A stretch of 64,000 bases of DNA from Lepidodermella squamata. Lineage: Eukaryota; Animalia; Gastrotricha. A model generated the notes under the pieces. That model was not told the origin of the DNA. It did not search any database and worked only from the letters and a program-made list of their open reading frames with translations. Below, piece after piece: positions 1-12,155 of this stretch. The DNA lies in assembly GCA_047495785.1 (NCBI GenBank), contig JBLDXI010000019.1, positions 1,860,001 through 1,924,000 of the forward strand, read 5' to 3'. A program made the translations under genes and the position numbers. Position 1 is the first letter of the stretch; the number at the start of each line of letters is the position of its first letter.

Positions 1-4
1 ATGC

Positions 5-361
5 TTGAGGGCGTCCGAAGCGAAGCCCGACGGTATTTTCAAGGGCGGAAATCGAGTAATGCCTGACGACTACGGCGAAGACGTCGACAATCAATCTCCT
101 CCGTCCTCGTCATCATCGAGTAGCTCACAAGCTCGAGCCAACAGCCAGTCAAATCCGGTTCTTGTCAACGGGCCAAATTCGTCTATATTCGTAATCGGCG
201 GGCCAGCTTCTAGGAAGACAGTAAGTACCGACAAGAGTAAGCAGCAGGCTGTTCTAGCTGGAGGCGCATTTGGCGCAGCTGTAGCAGGCAGCGGCAGCTC
301 GTTCAAAGTCCCAACGCAGCCACGGCGCCACACTACAACCCAAAGCGAAGACGACACTTGA
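5..361 (+). CDS. Possible 3' end of a gene truncated by the window start (Ser-rich low-complexity tail)
   Basis: Open frame from the window edge with a poly-Ser tract; AATAAA at ~494. No recognisable domain. Confidence 0.25.
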   Translation: MRASEAKPDGIFKGGNRVMPDDYGEDVDNQSPPSSSSSSSSQARANSQSNPVLVNGPNSSIFVIGGPASRKTVSTDKSKQQAVLAGGAFGAAVAGSGSSFKVPTQPRRHTTTQSEDDT

Positions 362-784
362 AGTTCATAATGTAATGAATGTTTTACTTTTCCCGTGAGG
401 ATTCATCACTCTTTGACTTTTCGGGAATGTCCGACGAGCCATTGGAATAGTTATAGTTGCAGTACAGGTACCTATATTGTGCGCGGCGAAGGAAATAAAA
501 ATAATTGAAGCGTCTTAATTATCATTAGTTTTCATTACGCTCGAATATTCTGCTTTCTAACCATGTCTGCGCCACATACATTTCGTGGCTTCAAGGCAAA
601 ATTCGCGGGCTAATCATCGTCTGGTTAGGTAATTTTTTCAGCTCGTCCGCTCGAAGTTTTACAGGCTTTTCAGCACGAACACGCCCCTCACTTGTTATTG
701 CTTATAGATGCGCTTACGGCGTACGTCTGTAATTAAAAATAGGCGATCTAAGACAGATTCGACACTTTTCATTCCAAAGCAGTC

Positions 785-3337
785 ATGTTTTTTCTGACAT
801 TCTTTGCTCTGCTTACCGCAGCCGCCCTTCCGATCACTTGCGAAATCATTAGAAAACCTTTCACTCTCCGAATTCCTTTCCTCGCTCCGGTTTCTGGCTC
901 CGTAACACCAATGGGAGGTCTATGCACGATTCCTATCGAATTGCTAGCTAAAACAGTAAATTCTAACCCGAATATTCTTCCCAACTACAACATCGTCGTC
1001 GATTTCTACGATGATCAATGCACAAATTACGTCGGTGTCAACCGAGTGATGAAGTTCTACTCAGATTCTCAACCCAACCCTGTGTCATTTGTTGACCAAA
1101 TCTACGGTAACTTCATGGTTCCCTACAACGCTAGTTCAATAGAAGAAATCTCGGCAGAAACCATTCAGCCACCCATTTTTGTCGGTTCGGTGTGTTCTGG
1201 GGTGTGTAAGACTACTGCACTGTTCATGGGAGAGTTGAGCGTTATCAACGTAGCATTCGGCTGCAATGATCCGAGCATAACCCAAAAGCGAGCTCAATAC
1301 CCGAATTTTTACCGGTATCTCCCATCGCTGGAGAAATACGGCGCCGCAAGGGTCCAGTTCGTCAAGTCGATGGGATGGAAGAAAGTAGCTATTATCACCG
1401 ATTCCTTACCTTACTCGCAGTTTGATACCGTCGGAGTTATGAAGTTACTTCAAGCCGCGAAGATCGAGATTGCATCGGAGGAGTTCTACCTAGACGATCC
1501 TACTGAAGCCATCCTACGACTCAAGCAGTCTGGGGCAAGAGTTTTCTTCGCAAACTGCTATATCAGTAGCTGCCCATTCCTAGCCTGTGCCGCTTATAAC
1601 GCGGGTCTTTACGGGCCGAAATACGTCTGGATTTTGAAGTCCGAAGTTAATCTGGCAAACACGGGGTTGAACCGGCCGACAGGGTGCTCAGCTGAGATGC
1701 AATTAACAGTAGCTGAACGGTCCTTTCACATCGGGGCAGATGTAGCTGGCGATGCTTATCTAGACGCTGTAACTGAAGTTGGGCTGTCTCATCGAGACAT
1801 TATCGCTGAGTTGAAGAATCGCATTCCAGCTGTCGAAAATTCGTCCCTATATCCATGGAGGTCAACATGCTTCGAACAGGTCCATGGCGCTGTTAACATG
1901 CTCGATATGGTTGAGAAGAAGCTAAATGCTCAGAATCTAACAATTCGGGACTTTTATATAGGACCCAGCGCCACCAAGTCGAAGCAAGCCGAACTGAGGG
2001 AGATGATAAGAGAGGCGGCAATCACAATTGATGTGAAAAGCATGACAGGGCGTATGGTTTACGAATCGCGGCAAGATCTCGAACCCATTTACCCTCTAAT
2101 GGTCATACTTCAAGTGCAAAACGGGATTAGGAAACTCATCGCTACTTTTGAGAGGTCTTGGAACGAGAAGGATAGGCAAATGCGGCCTGTGAACGGGAAT
2201 TACAATGAGACAATTATGAAGATTCATGGGGAGCTGATTTGGGGGACTAAGGATGGTGTACCCCCGAAAAGTCAACCCTTAGTTCTCCAGACATTTGAAC
2301 ACGTCGAGTTGCCACTAATTGGGGTGATTTGGGCGATATCATCGGCAGTTATCATTGCAACTTTCATTCTCACCTCAATACAGCTATATCATCGTAAATT
2401 TGGTGAGCAACAAGAAAATGAATCCATCTACTCGAATCTTACGTTGATCGGAATTCCTATTCAAGTCGCTGCTGTGTTTTTCTTCCCGCTTGAACACGAC
2501 ATCAATATGATGCGAAATTTCTGCTTAGCAGCGCCAATTCTGTTCATCATAGGGTTCAGCCTAACTGAGGGATGCATCATAAGCAAAGTGTTGATAGTCC
2601 ATCTTCAAGACGCAAGATCAATGTCGAAAGAGAACGCTTTGAAAACGGCAAAAGGCTGCTACGGTATTGTCATTTTGGTCATAGTAACTTTGGTAACTAT
2701 TTGGTACGCTATATCTGCTCCATTTAGCTGGGATAGTTCAATCACTTTATCGAACACAGATACTTTGAATGACGTGATCGAGATACAGCATTGGCTGCAA
2801 TGTTCAATGGGGGAGAATTCAAATTTTGCCACCACAATTGCTGGTTTTCTGATTTCGCTGCTATTCATCGGAGTTTTGGGATGTCTATTGACTAAATATC
2901 AGCGAATTGATGGTCGACTTCTCGCAGGATCGGACTTCCGCCAAATTCGAATTATGACTTTCTTACTGTTCCCGACTCTATTAGGAATTCTGCTGATTTT
3001 GGTCGGCCGATTGCCGGTTAGTCCGAAATTTGGTCTAGCGTCTTGCTTCTCCTTAGCTCGGCTTGTTTCGGTCTTAGTCATGACATCTCTCTCGAAATTC
3101 GACCCTAGCTCCAGGGCGAGTGTAGCTAGCCTTATCAACATCGAAATAGGCTTTTTACGCAGAAATTCACGATTTTCAATGTCGCAATTAGTGATGCGGC
3201 GGGAGTCGATGATGAGTGTTTGTGAAAAACCGAAATTCTACCATCGACAACGCAGCTTCACAGTTTCTCAATCAACTCGTCCTGTTAACGAATCCAACAG
3301 CATGGCTGGGTTGCAAATAATATCTAAAGATAATTAA
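785..3337 (+). CDS. Intronless class C GPCR, GABA-B-receptor-like (signal peptide, Venus-flytrap/ANF domain, 7TM)
   Basis: 850-aa ORF with a signal peptide and motifs NILPNYNI, GSVCSGVC, YPNFYR, GWKKVAII, LKQSGARVF, LYGPKYVWI. No Cys-rich linker. Hydrophobic TM segments in the C-terminal third. Confidence 0.85.
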   Translation: MFFLTFFALLTAAALPITCEIIRKPFTLRIPFLAPVSGSVTPMGGLCTIPIELLAKTVNSNPNILPNYNIVVDFYDDQCTNYVGVNRVMKFYSDSQPNPVSFVDQIYGNFMVPYNASSIEEISAETIQPPIFVGSVCSGVCKTTALFMGELSVINVAFGCNDPSITQKRAQYPNFYRYLPSLEKYGAARVQFVKSMGWKKVAIITDSLPYSQFDTVGVMKLLQAAKIEIASEEFYLDDPTEAILRLKQSGARVFFANCYISSCPFLACAAYNAGLYGPKYVWILKSEVNLANTGLNRPTGCSAEMQLTVAERSFHIGADVAGDAYLDAVTEVGLSHRDIIAELKNRIPAVENSSLYPWRSTCFEQVHGAVNMLDMVEKKLNAQNLTIRDFYIGPSATKSKQAELREMIREAAITIDVKSMTGRMVYESRQDLEPIYPLMVILQVQNGIRKLIATFERSWNEKDRQMRPVNGNYNETIMKIHGELIWGTKDGVPPKSQPLVLQTFEHVELPLIGVIWAISSAVIIATFILTSIQLYHRKFGEQQENESIYSNLTLIGIPIQVAAVFFFPLEHDINMMRNFCLAAPILFIIGFSLTEGCIISKVLIVHLQDARSMSKENALKTAKGCYGIVILVIVTLVTIWYAISAPFSWDSSITLSNTDTLNDVIEIQHWLQCSMGENSNFATTIAGFLISLLFIGVLGCLLTKYQRIDGRLLAGSDFRQIRIMTFLLFPTLLGILLILVGRLPVSPKFGLASCFSLARLVSVLVMTSLSKFDPSSRASVASLINIEIGFLRRNSRFSMSQLVMRRESMMSVCEKPKFYHRQRSFTVSQSTRPVNESNSMAGLQIISKDN

Positions 3338-3584
3338 AACACCCAAATTTTATCTGACTGATGAATCATGTCTAGGCTAGTGAGTGATAACGCTTTTATG
3401 AATGGCAGCACGTGCGCACTCACTATAATAAAAAACTCCAGCTTAATCAATAAAAAACGCACACGCACACACACATAAAAACACATGCAGCTTTTTAGCA
3501 TGAGGCTTTCTTGTTTTTGCTCACACTCTATTTTTTGACCCGAAATTACCGACCAATCGCTGTAATGATTTTTGTTGATAGAAA

Positions 3585-4537
3585 ATGCCGCCAGCCTTAC
3601 ATCCACCGCAAAGTTTGACCCCAATCGCCCCTCGCTTACCGGCTTTAGCTTTCGAGGGCGGCGATCAACAGGGCGATGATGACCCGCTTTTCGAGCAAGA
3701 AAATCTTCAGGAAGCATGGCAGGCCGTCGCCGAGGTGCCTAACATCGACCAGCAGCTAGCTCTGCTCATCGCAGCTGTCGACGAATTCGAGCGAAATATC
3801 GAGCAACACGCCGCTGATTTGCAGCAACCTATTGCTGTTCTGCGCGAGCGGGTTGAAGAAATGCGGCAGGAAATCGACGATCTCAGGTGGCAGCTTCAGG
3901 TTATTCGAATGCAACTGCGGACAATTGTTTTCAGCGGCTTCTTTTGCTGCACGGCTATGATAGGCATTTGTTTGTACCGAGTTTTCACTATTGGCCCACC
4001 TCCTCGACCTGAACTATCGATTTTTTACGGTCTATCAAATTTTGCCATGGCTTCAAAATTTACGGTAATTTTTTTTAAAGAACTAATTTTAAATATAATT
4101 TCAAATTGGTAATTTTTTTTAATTTGGGCGAAAATTTAATTAAAAAAATTAAAAATAAATAACTGAGAATTTTACAAAATTTCAAAAAAGTTTGAACCTA
4201 AATAAAATAAAATGTATGCATTTTTCAACAGTTTCTTGTTGCTCCATCAGTCGCGTGTCTGCTTTCAGCCGGTTACTATTATCACTACCCGTGTAAAAGC
4301 TTCAAAGTCGCCACTTCGCATCGCCTCCATCAGAGAAATTACGTCCGCGTGCTGAGGCGCATCAACCTTACCTCGCTAGTCAATGTCCTGTGGAATGTTG
4401 GCATGGTGTTCTATCGGCCGATTCGCTACTCGTGGCTGAGCCTCATTCAAATCGGCTTGAGCACAATAACGCTCAAATATGCGATAAACGCTGCCGCTAT
4501 CAATATTTCTGTTAACGTCGATATTGGCTTGCAATAA
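3585..4537 (+). CDS. Two-exon unknown protein: N-terminal coiled coil followed by several hydrophobic/TM segments (exons 3585-4064, 4232-4537)
   Basis: Phase-0 intron ACG|gtaatt...ttcaacag|TTT joins the 3585 ORF to the frame of ORF 4349-4537 with no stop. Heptad-like stretch IDQQLALLIAAVDEFERNIEQ. Confidence 0.6.
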
Positions 4538-5599
4538 CAGGAGAAACCCGTGAACTTTTTATTACTAAAATGTAAGAAGAAAATAAAAGCGATAACCTTG
4601 GCAAAATCGTCTGACAGTCAAAAAATCATCGATTGTGGATCATGTTAAAGTTTCAAATTACAGGAACTCGCAATTGCTGTAGCCACTTTGAACCTCGCAG
4701 CTTTGAAGTTATTGCTGGCGAGGGCGACTTGAAATGCCCATTTATAGCGGTTTATTACACTTTGATAGATGATCGATATATACACTTTGACAAAAGATGA
4801 ATCATAATAAGTTTTTTGTCGATTTTGGTATCGTTATAGAGTATGCAAAAAGCGTGATAGTGATTCATGCTGAATCTTGAAAGGTGAATGCTTGATCATT
4901 CCAGTTTCCCTGTTACTAGGCTCTGCTTTTTCCGAGAGTCTATTGTACGACAAAGTTGGAACTGGCTTGGAATTCCCATAGCACCAGCCGCTCAGTTGAA
5001 ATGAACCGCCCCAGAAAAATTCGCAATTGACGTATGATATCGTTGTCTGGTCTCAAATACTCAGCGCGAATAAGTTGAGAATTCTGGACGGAATTCTGGC
5101 GAAAGGTTCTGGCAGTTTGATGAGTCACAATCGATTAAACCAAAATCTGATTATTAAGGTAGCTGGCCTGAAATTCAGCGCTGTTGGCAGGGTTGCTGGA
5201 TTTGATTAAGGCTTGCTGGGTTGCTGGATTAAGGCGGATAGGACAGGCGCCAAGTTCCGTTGGACTGATGAAACCTTTCTCGAGCTCGACAATTTACCCT
5301 GGATAGCCGGTCAGCCGGTAAGTTCTTGAAATCTCGAATTATTCGTATCCAAAATACAGGCTGTGATTGGCGGGCCAAATGCGACTGCGTGGAATTATTT
5401 TCGAAGCATCTTGAACCTATTTCTACGGATTTCGGAACATGTGAGCATAATAATTGGGTTTTTTTTCCATTCGGTTCGAGCTGGCAGACTGAACGATTTG
5501 CAGTGTGACTTCCGTCTAAGCTGTGCCGTGCGTTATCGAAATTCTTATTGATCGGACTATAGACAGAAAGTGAATTATGTTAGTTTTTATGAAGAATTA

Positions 5600-6320
5600 T
5601 TTTCCCATCAGATAATATTGGCCCGCTTTTGCTTACCATCTACGTGAACGACATCGCCGCGGTTGCACTGAAAAAATGGAAATTCTCGGATTTGTTCTTG
5701 ACCGAAAGCTTCTCTTCAAAGAGCAAATTAATGCGATTAGAAATCGAAACTGGCCTCCAAATACATGGATAGAAATACTCTGAAAATTATGGCGAACGGC
5801 ATTGTATTGAGTTACTTAGGATACGCTGACAATGTCATGGCTCAATCAGCTGACACGAACTTGATGGCTCCCGATGCACCAAAAGCGCAACGTACACCTA
5901 TCAACTTTGGTCTGGCGGTGCGTGAACGGTGAGGCTCCCGAATATCTGTGCGAAATGTTCGTCCGGAAAGAATTTGACCCAGACCAACCAATGACGCGAA
6001 GCGTGTTCAACAACACCCTCGTCGTTCCAAGCCTACGATCTAAGCATGGGCAGAAAACACTGGCATACCGAGGCGCAGTGCTCTTCAACAACCTGTCGTG
6101 GGAAACACAGAACGCTAAAACGGCCAACAGCTGCCGACAACTAACATACAATGAACTGCTTAATGCGCCTATGTGTTTTTCGAACAAAGTTTAACGACCT
6201 CTGAAACGGCTCCGAATGACTATGGCTCTCTGCACGAAAACTAGCGGCTGCACTTTTTTTCTCTCTTGTAGAGCTTCCAAACCTGGATATCACGCTCTTT
6301 AAATAATAAAATAAATAAAT
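5600..6320 (+). mobile_element. Degraded 3' fragment of a CR1/L2-type LINE
   Basis: IGPLLLTIYVNDI at ~5617 matches the RT motif GPLLFxIYINDL. ORF 5874-6194 (NGEAPEYL...RS...LVVP...GQKTLAYRGAVLFNNL) is a typical CR1/L2 ORF2 C-terminus. Ends in an (AAAT)n-like tail at ~6301-6320. Confidence 0.75.
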
Positions 6321-6568
6321 ATTTATTTCGAATAAATTACGTATCGTCCAATGAGATGTTAGAGTTTATCATCATAATTTGAACTCCAAACTCAACTCAG
6401 TCTATTAAGCAATGCAACCTTCATGCAAAACTATTTAAAACCTGAATAATTGAATACATTGCCTTATATACAGCGAAGTTTCTTCCAGAGAACTCAAATA
6501 CGTCTACTTTGAGTGAAATAAAAGTGATTTCTTGTCTGTAGATCCAGCCAGACTCACTTTTAACCAAG

Positions 6569-9500
6569 TTAAAATACCAGAATTCGCGAAAATAGCATGC
6601 CAAGTGAACCGTCTTTTTCGACACTGACATATCGACCAGTAAGCGGCGGCGTGCAGTGTCCAATCTGAGATTGACCCTGGACAAGATTAACCGTACGAAG
6701 GCCTTCGCTCCAGATGTCGCATATCGGGTTTAGTGCCAATGAAACGTTCGCGGAATTCCCAACTCGCATTACAAGCCTTGCGTTCCAAGCGGCCGTCGAC
6801 CATGCTGTGTACGGCTGGGTGACTACAACGATTTTGGACACTGACACCGAAACGCCGAGATCGACCTGAAACCAGCCAGAGGTCAACGTCAATGTGCCAC
6901 TTGTTGACCCAAACGTCGTCATAGCCACTAAATTCACAGCAGAATTCATGTTGCTTGACGTGACAACTTTGTATAGCGCGAAATCAGTCGCGTCATCGTT
7001 GTAGACACTAACTTGACAGACGTCAATGTACGTATCCATGTAGGAGCTTACAAGAGTCACGTAACGACCTGAAACCGGTTTGCTGCACGGCATATTGAAT
7101 TTTCGGGCGTATGGCATCAATGGGCTTGTGACTGTGCAAACGGGTTGACCTATGGCTTGGGCAGCACTCGTAGGCTGAGTATCACTGACTCGAAGCAGGA
7201 AATTCTTTGCCGCATATTCGATACCAGAATACGGGCAGCCTCGAACTCCGAAACGGCCAGATGCCGAACCGACGAATTCGTCAACCATGAATCTGATACC
7301 CATGGCTTGCATTGGTGGGTTCAGGTAATTGATCATCGGGGTCGGGTTCATAGCGGATGTTGGTCCGTCAAAAATACGAATCCGAGAGCCGTTGTTGTCC
7401 TGGGTGTAAGCCATCCAAAATGTGTTACTATCAAGGCTGCTTGTTAGGTGGTATTTCGTTATCCAAGCAGTTTTGTTGACGTTGCTCTGAACTAGGACGG
7501 CTGTCACAATTTTGAAATTTGTGAATCTAAGTTGGAAATATGGCTGTGGATCAGTGGCCAAGGCTTGCCACTCATAAATACTGTTCAGGGTGAACCACGC
7601 GCCGTTTCTTGAATCGATATGGGTCGTGTAAGACGCAGCAGCGGTTACATCAAAAAGGTCAGATTTGCACGACATGTCTGAAATTTAAATCTGCTCAGTA
7701 CCAAACGTGGGTGCAAGATTATTTACCTGGACAGCCACGAAACATGACTCTGAACGCAATGGCGCCGAACCATGACGCCGGTTGAACACGAATCATACGA
7801 GCTGAAATTACTGGGCTAAAGAAATTCCATACTACAGTGTCAGCGTCGCTGTTTGCTGTAAATAGCTATTAGAAAAACTAAGTCACTTGAAGACTTCTCA
7901 ACTGTGGAAATGAATGCTCACCTTTACTGCACCGATCTGACGGCCCAAATATGAAAAGGTCATCCCATTTGTTGTTGTATACGCTAGCCTGTAGCTAGAA
8001 ATGTAGTATCCTGTCGAGTAGTCACCCTGTGTAGCCATCGAAGTTATCGTCATCTCCTCTTGGAAGTCGAATTGGATAAATTGACTCGTGTCAGCTGTTG
8101 CGAGCTGCATGCAGCAAGATGTTGAACCTGGCGTGTTAGCATCACCGACCCATCGATTGTTCAAGCGGAATTGGTTGAAAGTGACATTTGCAGCTGACTT
8201 GTACAAGCTTCCAGTGTTCAACCATGTCGCGCGCGGGGTTAAGTCGGTTTCACACCAGTGTCCCTGAACTGAAAAAAACAAGATTTCCATGGACAGAATT
8301 GAAGTAGTATTTTACGCATAGTTGGTCCTGGACATTGGCTCGCGACTTCTTGGGCTAGGTATTGATTAAGATAGCCTTGGAATATCGTCATGCACGCAAC
8401 ATCTCCAGTAAACTGATTGTTTCCCTTATCGCGACCAGACTGGACTCTTATTTGGTTTAGGATCGGCTGTGAATTCGGGAATGGCTTCGAAATTAGTAAA
8501 GCGCCATCTTGGTAACCCTCGAATTTCATGTTGTCTACTGTCATGTCGAATGCCATAATGTGGTGTTGCCACGTGTTCAGAAATGAGCTGACATTGCCCA
8601 CCGTCTGTGAGTATAAAGTATTCGTTCCACCGACATTCATATTTGCCTCGTAGTACATCGAATTTGGGGTAATTGCCTTCATCGTGTACCGAATCGTGGT
8701 GCCGTCATCAATTGAGTAAAAAGGCATTCCTATGGTACTTCCGGTTTGTTTGCTGTATACAAATACTCCGATTGAATACGACTGAACGGTGCCGTTGCCG
8801 AGCCCAAATATCGCATTTGTCTGATTGATGTTTTGATAGTTGTTAGAACCTGTTTTGTAATTAGTTCCCCAAATATCATCAGTAACGGCTGATTTCCATG
8901 GAAACCCATCTCCCAGAAGGGCACCGTTCAAGGGGTACCACGATGTACCATCGACAATTGAACTCATTCCGTAGGATCCGTCCCATGGAGAACTGAACAC
9001 TGCTCTCATGTCAGCAGTCGAAGTCAATGGACATCTCTTCAGCGAATATATTTGCCGTCTTGTGAGCAATGCCTTGTAAGCTTGGAAGCAAGCCACGCTT
9101 ATAGAAGGCGATTGACCTATACGGAAGTAGGTCGTAGATGTTTCAACGCCATTTGTACAGCCGATGCCAGACATTGACCCAACCGTCTCTCCTTCATGAA
9201 AGATTTGGAATACCGGGTTTCGAGAAGGGTTGTAAGCGAGACCAACATATGCCCAAGTATTTGGGGTGAGAAGCTTTGTCGAAGCTACGAACTGATACGC
9301 GGCACCACCATCGCCATTTCTGCATCGAAACCCACCGGCTAAGTAACCGTTGTGAATCGACAAGTAGACAGTTGTGTTGGTTGAGTCGTAAGACCAGCCC
9401 ATAATAGTCCCATTCGAGTCAATTCCTGGCAGTACGTGAATCAAGGCTGTGAACGAGTAATGCAAGTCAAGAGCCTTGGCAGGGGCTGCTGTTATCTGCA

Positions 9501-12155
9501 TTTGCAAGTAGTCGTTCGCAGTAGGAAGGTTCCAGGCCCTGATTTAATTCGGATATGCCACAAATGGTCGAACGAATTGAAACACTTACGTTGAAGGGAA
9601 ACCGTACATCTTTGAGCACTGTGGACTTCCAACACTAGAGAAGCTGGCTCCGAACCCTACAGCGTCCGTCAACGCGCAGGCAAGCGGGAAAACGGCAACA
9701 GGGGGCGGAGCTTAATAAAAGGATCGATTAAGGTCGAATAGGAACACCAAAAAAGGACAAACTTAGCCATGGGCACATGCTAGCCTGATGAATCTCCGAG
9801 TGATCCAATCCTCGCTGGAAGTATTGCATGCACGCAATCTTTCCCGTCCAAGCCCCGGAGACCATAAAATATTGCGAAAGTTTGAAAGCATCAACTGCGC
9901 ATCCGACGTTGAAAATTGCTTGGTCGTTGTTGTCAAAGTAAATTCTCGCTATTCCAGATTTGCAGTCGACTGTTACAGCGAAGAAAAACCATCGATTTAG
10001 CGGGATTATCACGTCATGGTAAGGCCAAGTGTGGCTGGTTGTTGCACTGGTGGTGTAATCAAGCTTCACGGCTCGAGTCGATTGAACAATTTTTATGTTG
10101 AATCGCAACAAGCTATGCGAGAAAGAATGTGCTCATCGCCTTAGAATTGAAGAGAAACCAACCTGTTCTTGATCACATTTTTCATTAAATACAGATCACT
10201 TGACGCCGATGAGTAATACATCATCATTCCAAAGGTCCAGCCATTTTTGGTGTCGATCAGATTTATGTTGTTAGTTCTCACGAGAACAGCTTTATCTGTC
10301 CCAGTCCACTCAAGAGACGCCATCGGCCTGCCATCAAATCCAGTGCCGTAATTCAGCCCGGTAGAAACTATTGCATGGTTTCCATTGTATGAATAATCAT
10401 CCGCTCCATGGACATAGTCAAACAGCCATAAGCCATCCGGGTTCAGCGTAACAATAGGTGGAAAGTTGGGTGTAACGATATCGACCGAAGTAACTTGCAT
10501 TGTCGCGCCGAGATCGATTGTGGCATAAGGCTTGCCTCCCGCACCGGATGGTATGATGCGAGTACAGTTTTGAAAGTGTTGTTTCCTAACAACCCGCTTT
10601 TGAGTTATAACAGAAGGACTGCCCATCGGCGTTATCGCAACGTTGTCAAAAGCCGAAAATGTGACTGCCATATTTTCAGCTAGATCTTTCATATAAGCAG
10701 GAGGATCTGAAAAAATGAACGATGTGAATGGTGCGTAAAATTAAAATCTGACGAAACTAACTTTTGCATCCTAGAAGCTCGAATTTATAACACGCGGATG
10801 TCGAGAATGCCACAGGAATAATGCTGATGTATCGGGCGACCAAGAGGGTTGGAAATTTGATGACAACGATAGTGTTTGAGTCGACATTGCCGCTAAGATA
10901 TTTCGATCCCGAAGCGTCAGTGACGTCGTTCCATTTGTCAGAATCAATCGTTTTGTATTGAATACTGAACGAAGTTGCCCAAGAGTTGAGCGATTTGCAC
11001 CCTTGAACCTCAATCGCGGTTACTACTGTTGGTTTTCGGAGATCAACCATAGTATTCTTAGGATTGTTGGCAGCCGTCTGAAGGCCCCAATTCAAACGAA
11101 CTTGAGAAGTCGCCCCGCCAAGTTGGGTATTTTCAATATCACCATTTTCCATCCCGAGAGGATCAAAGCAATTTGCCTGGCAGCCATCAAATTGGAAATT
11201 GACGCAATTTATGCTTCCAGTAACATTCTTGGCTGTTATTTTGAAATAGCGGAGCAAAACCGGCTGGAAAAAGTCCTGTGTCACTGTTGACCAAGGATAA
11301 TTCGTCAGATACTAAATTCAACATTCTCATTAGGTAAATGAAGTAAGATAGATCTTTACCAACCTTTATGCTTTTCCCACGAGAGGTTGTAACAACTTGA
11401 TAAGTAACATCATCAAGGCTTGTGTCCATTTGAATGACTGGGAAACAATAGGGATCTTTGCATTGGTACCAAAATTTCTTGACCCAAACATATCGCTGCA
11501 GGTCGACTTTGTACCAACTACCAACTGGGACTCCAGACACCATGCAAGATCTGTAATTGTGACCAGCTGTTTTTCGGGCGAACGCAGCAATTTCAAAGGG
11601 TGTGCCGATCGATGTACTGGTGTAACCTTGATTACTGCTGTACGCGAGATCTGACATGTAAGACGTGTCATAATCCAGCGTTTCTGTCGGGCCAGGAATA
11701 ATCCCAGCTTTTTGACTTTCACATGAAACCACTGCTGCATTTTCAAGGTAAGCGTCGTAGTACCAGGCCCGTCGACAGTCGCCTTTAGTTGCTAGGCACT
11801 GCTTACCTTTCCCTAAAAGACTGGATCCATCAACAACGAACGAATTGAAATCTGAGTTCGCTACGATGGTAGCTGTTGATGAGGCATCGGGTGATATCGT
11901 GAATAGGGCGCAGTTCTTTGTGCTGAGCTGAAATTGTGCCGCCTGGCAATTTCGATCGGCAGAACACAGCGAAGCACATACAGAGTCTATGCTCGCCTGC
12001 GCAACGCCGGAGATCAAGAAACTGTTTAGATTAGACAGACCACTGCTTGCTGTTGGGACTATGTTGTAACCAGGGTAACGCTTGTAATAACTCCCGCACT
12101 CAGCAATGATTGAGAATGTGCTGAGGCACAAGACGAAACCAAACATCCCCTCCAT
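6569..12155 (-). CDS. Multi-exon secreted multidomain lectin-like protein, copy 1 (SP-PAN/Apple-F5/8C x2-split F-type lectin enclosing LamG/pentraxin x3 and F5/8C x2-F-type lectin)
   Basis: Consecutive minus-strand ORFs joined by short GT-AG introns. Signal peptide, PAN-like CxxxCxxxxxCxA.QF, discoidin motifs (PLGMENGDI, VTAIEVQG, ARYISIIP, FELLGC), LamG-like W..VAVT and WQHHIM, F-lectin WFQVDLG...GRYVSV. Confidence 0.8.
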
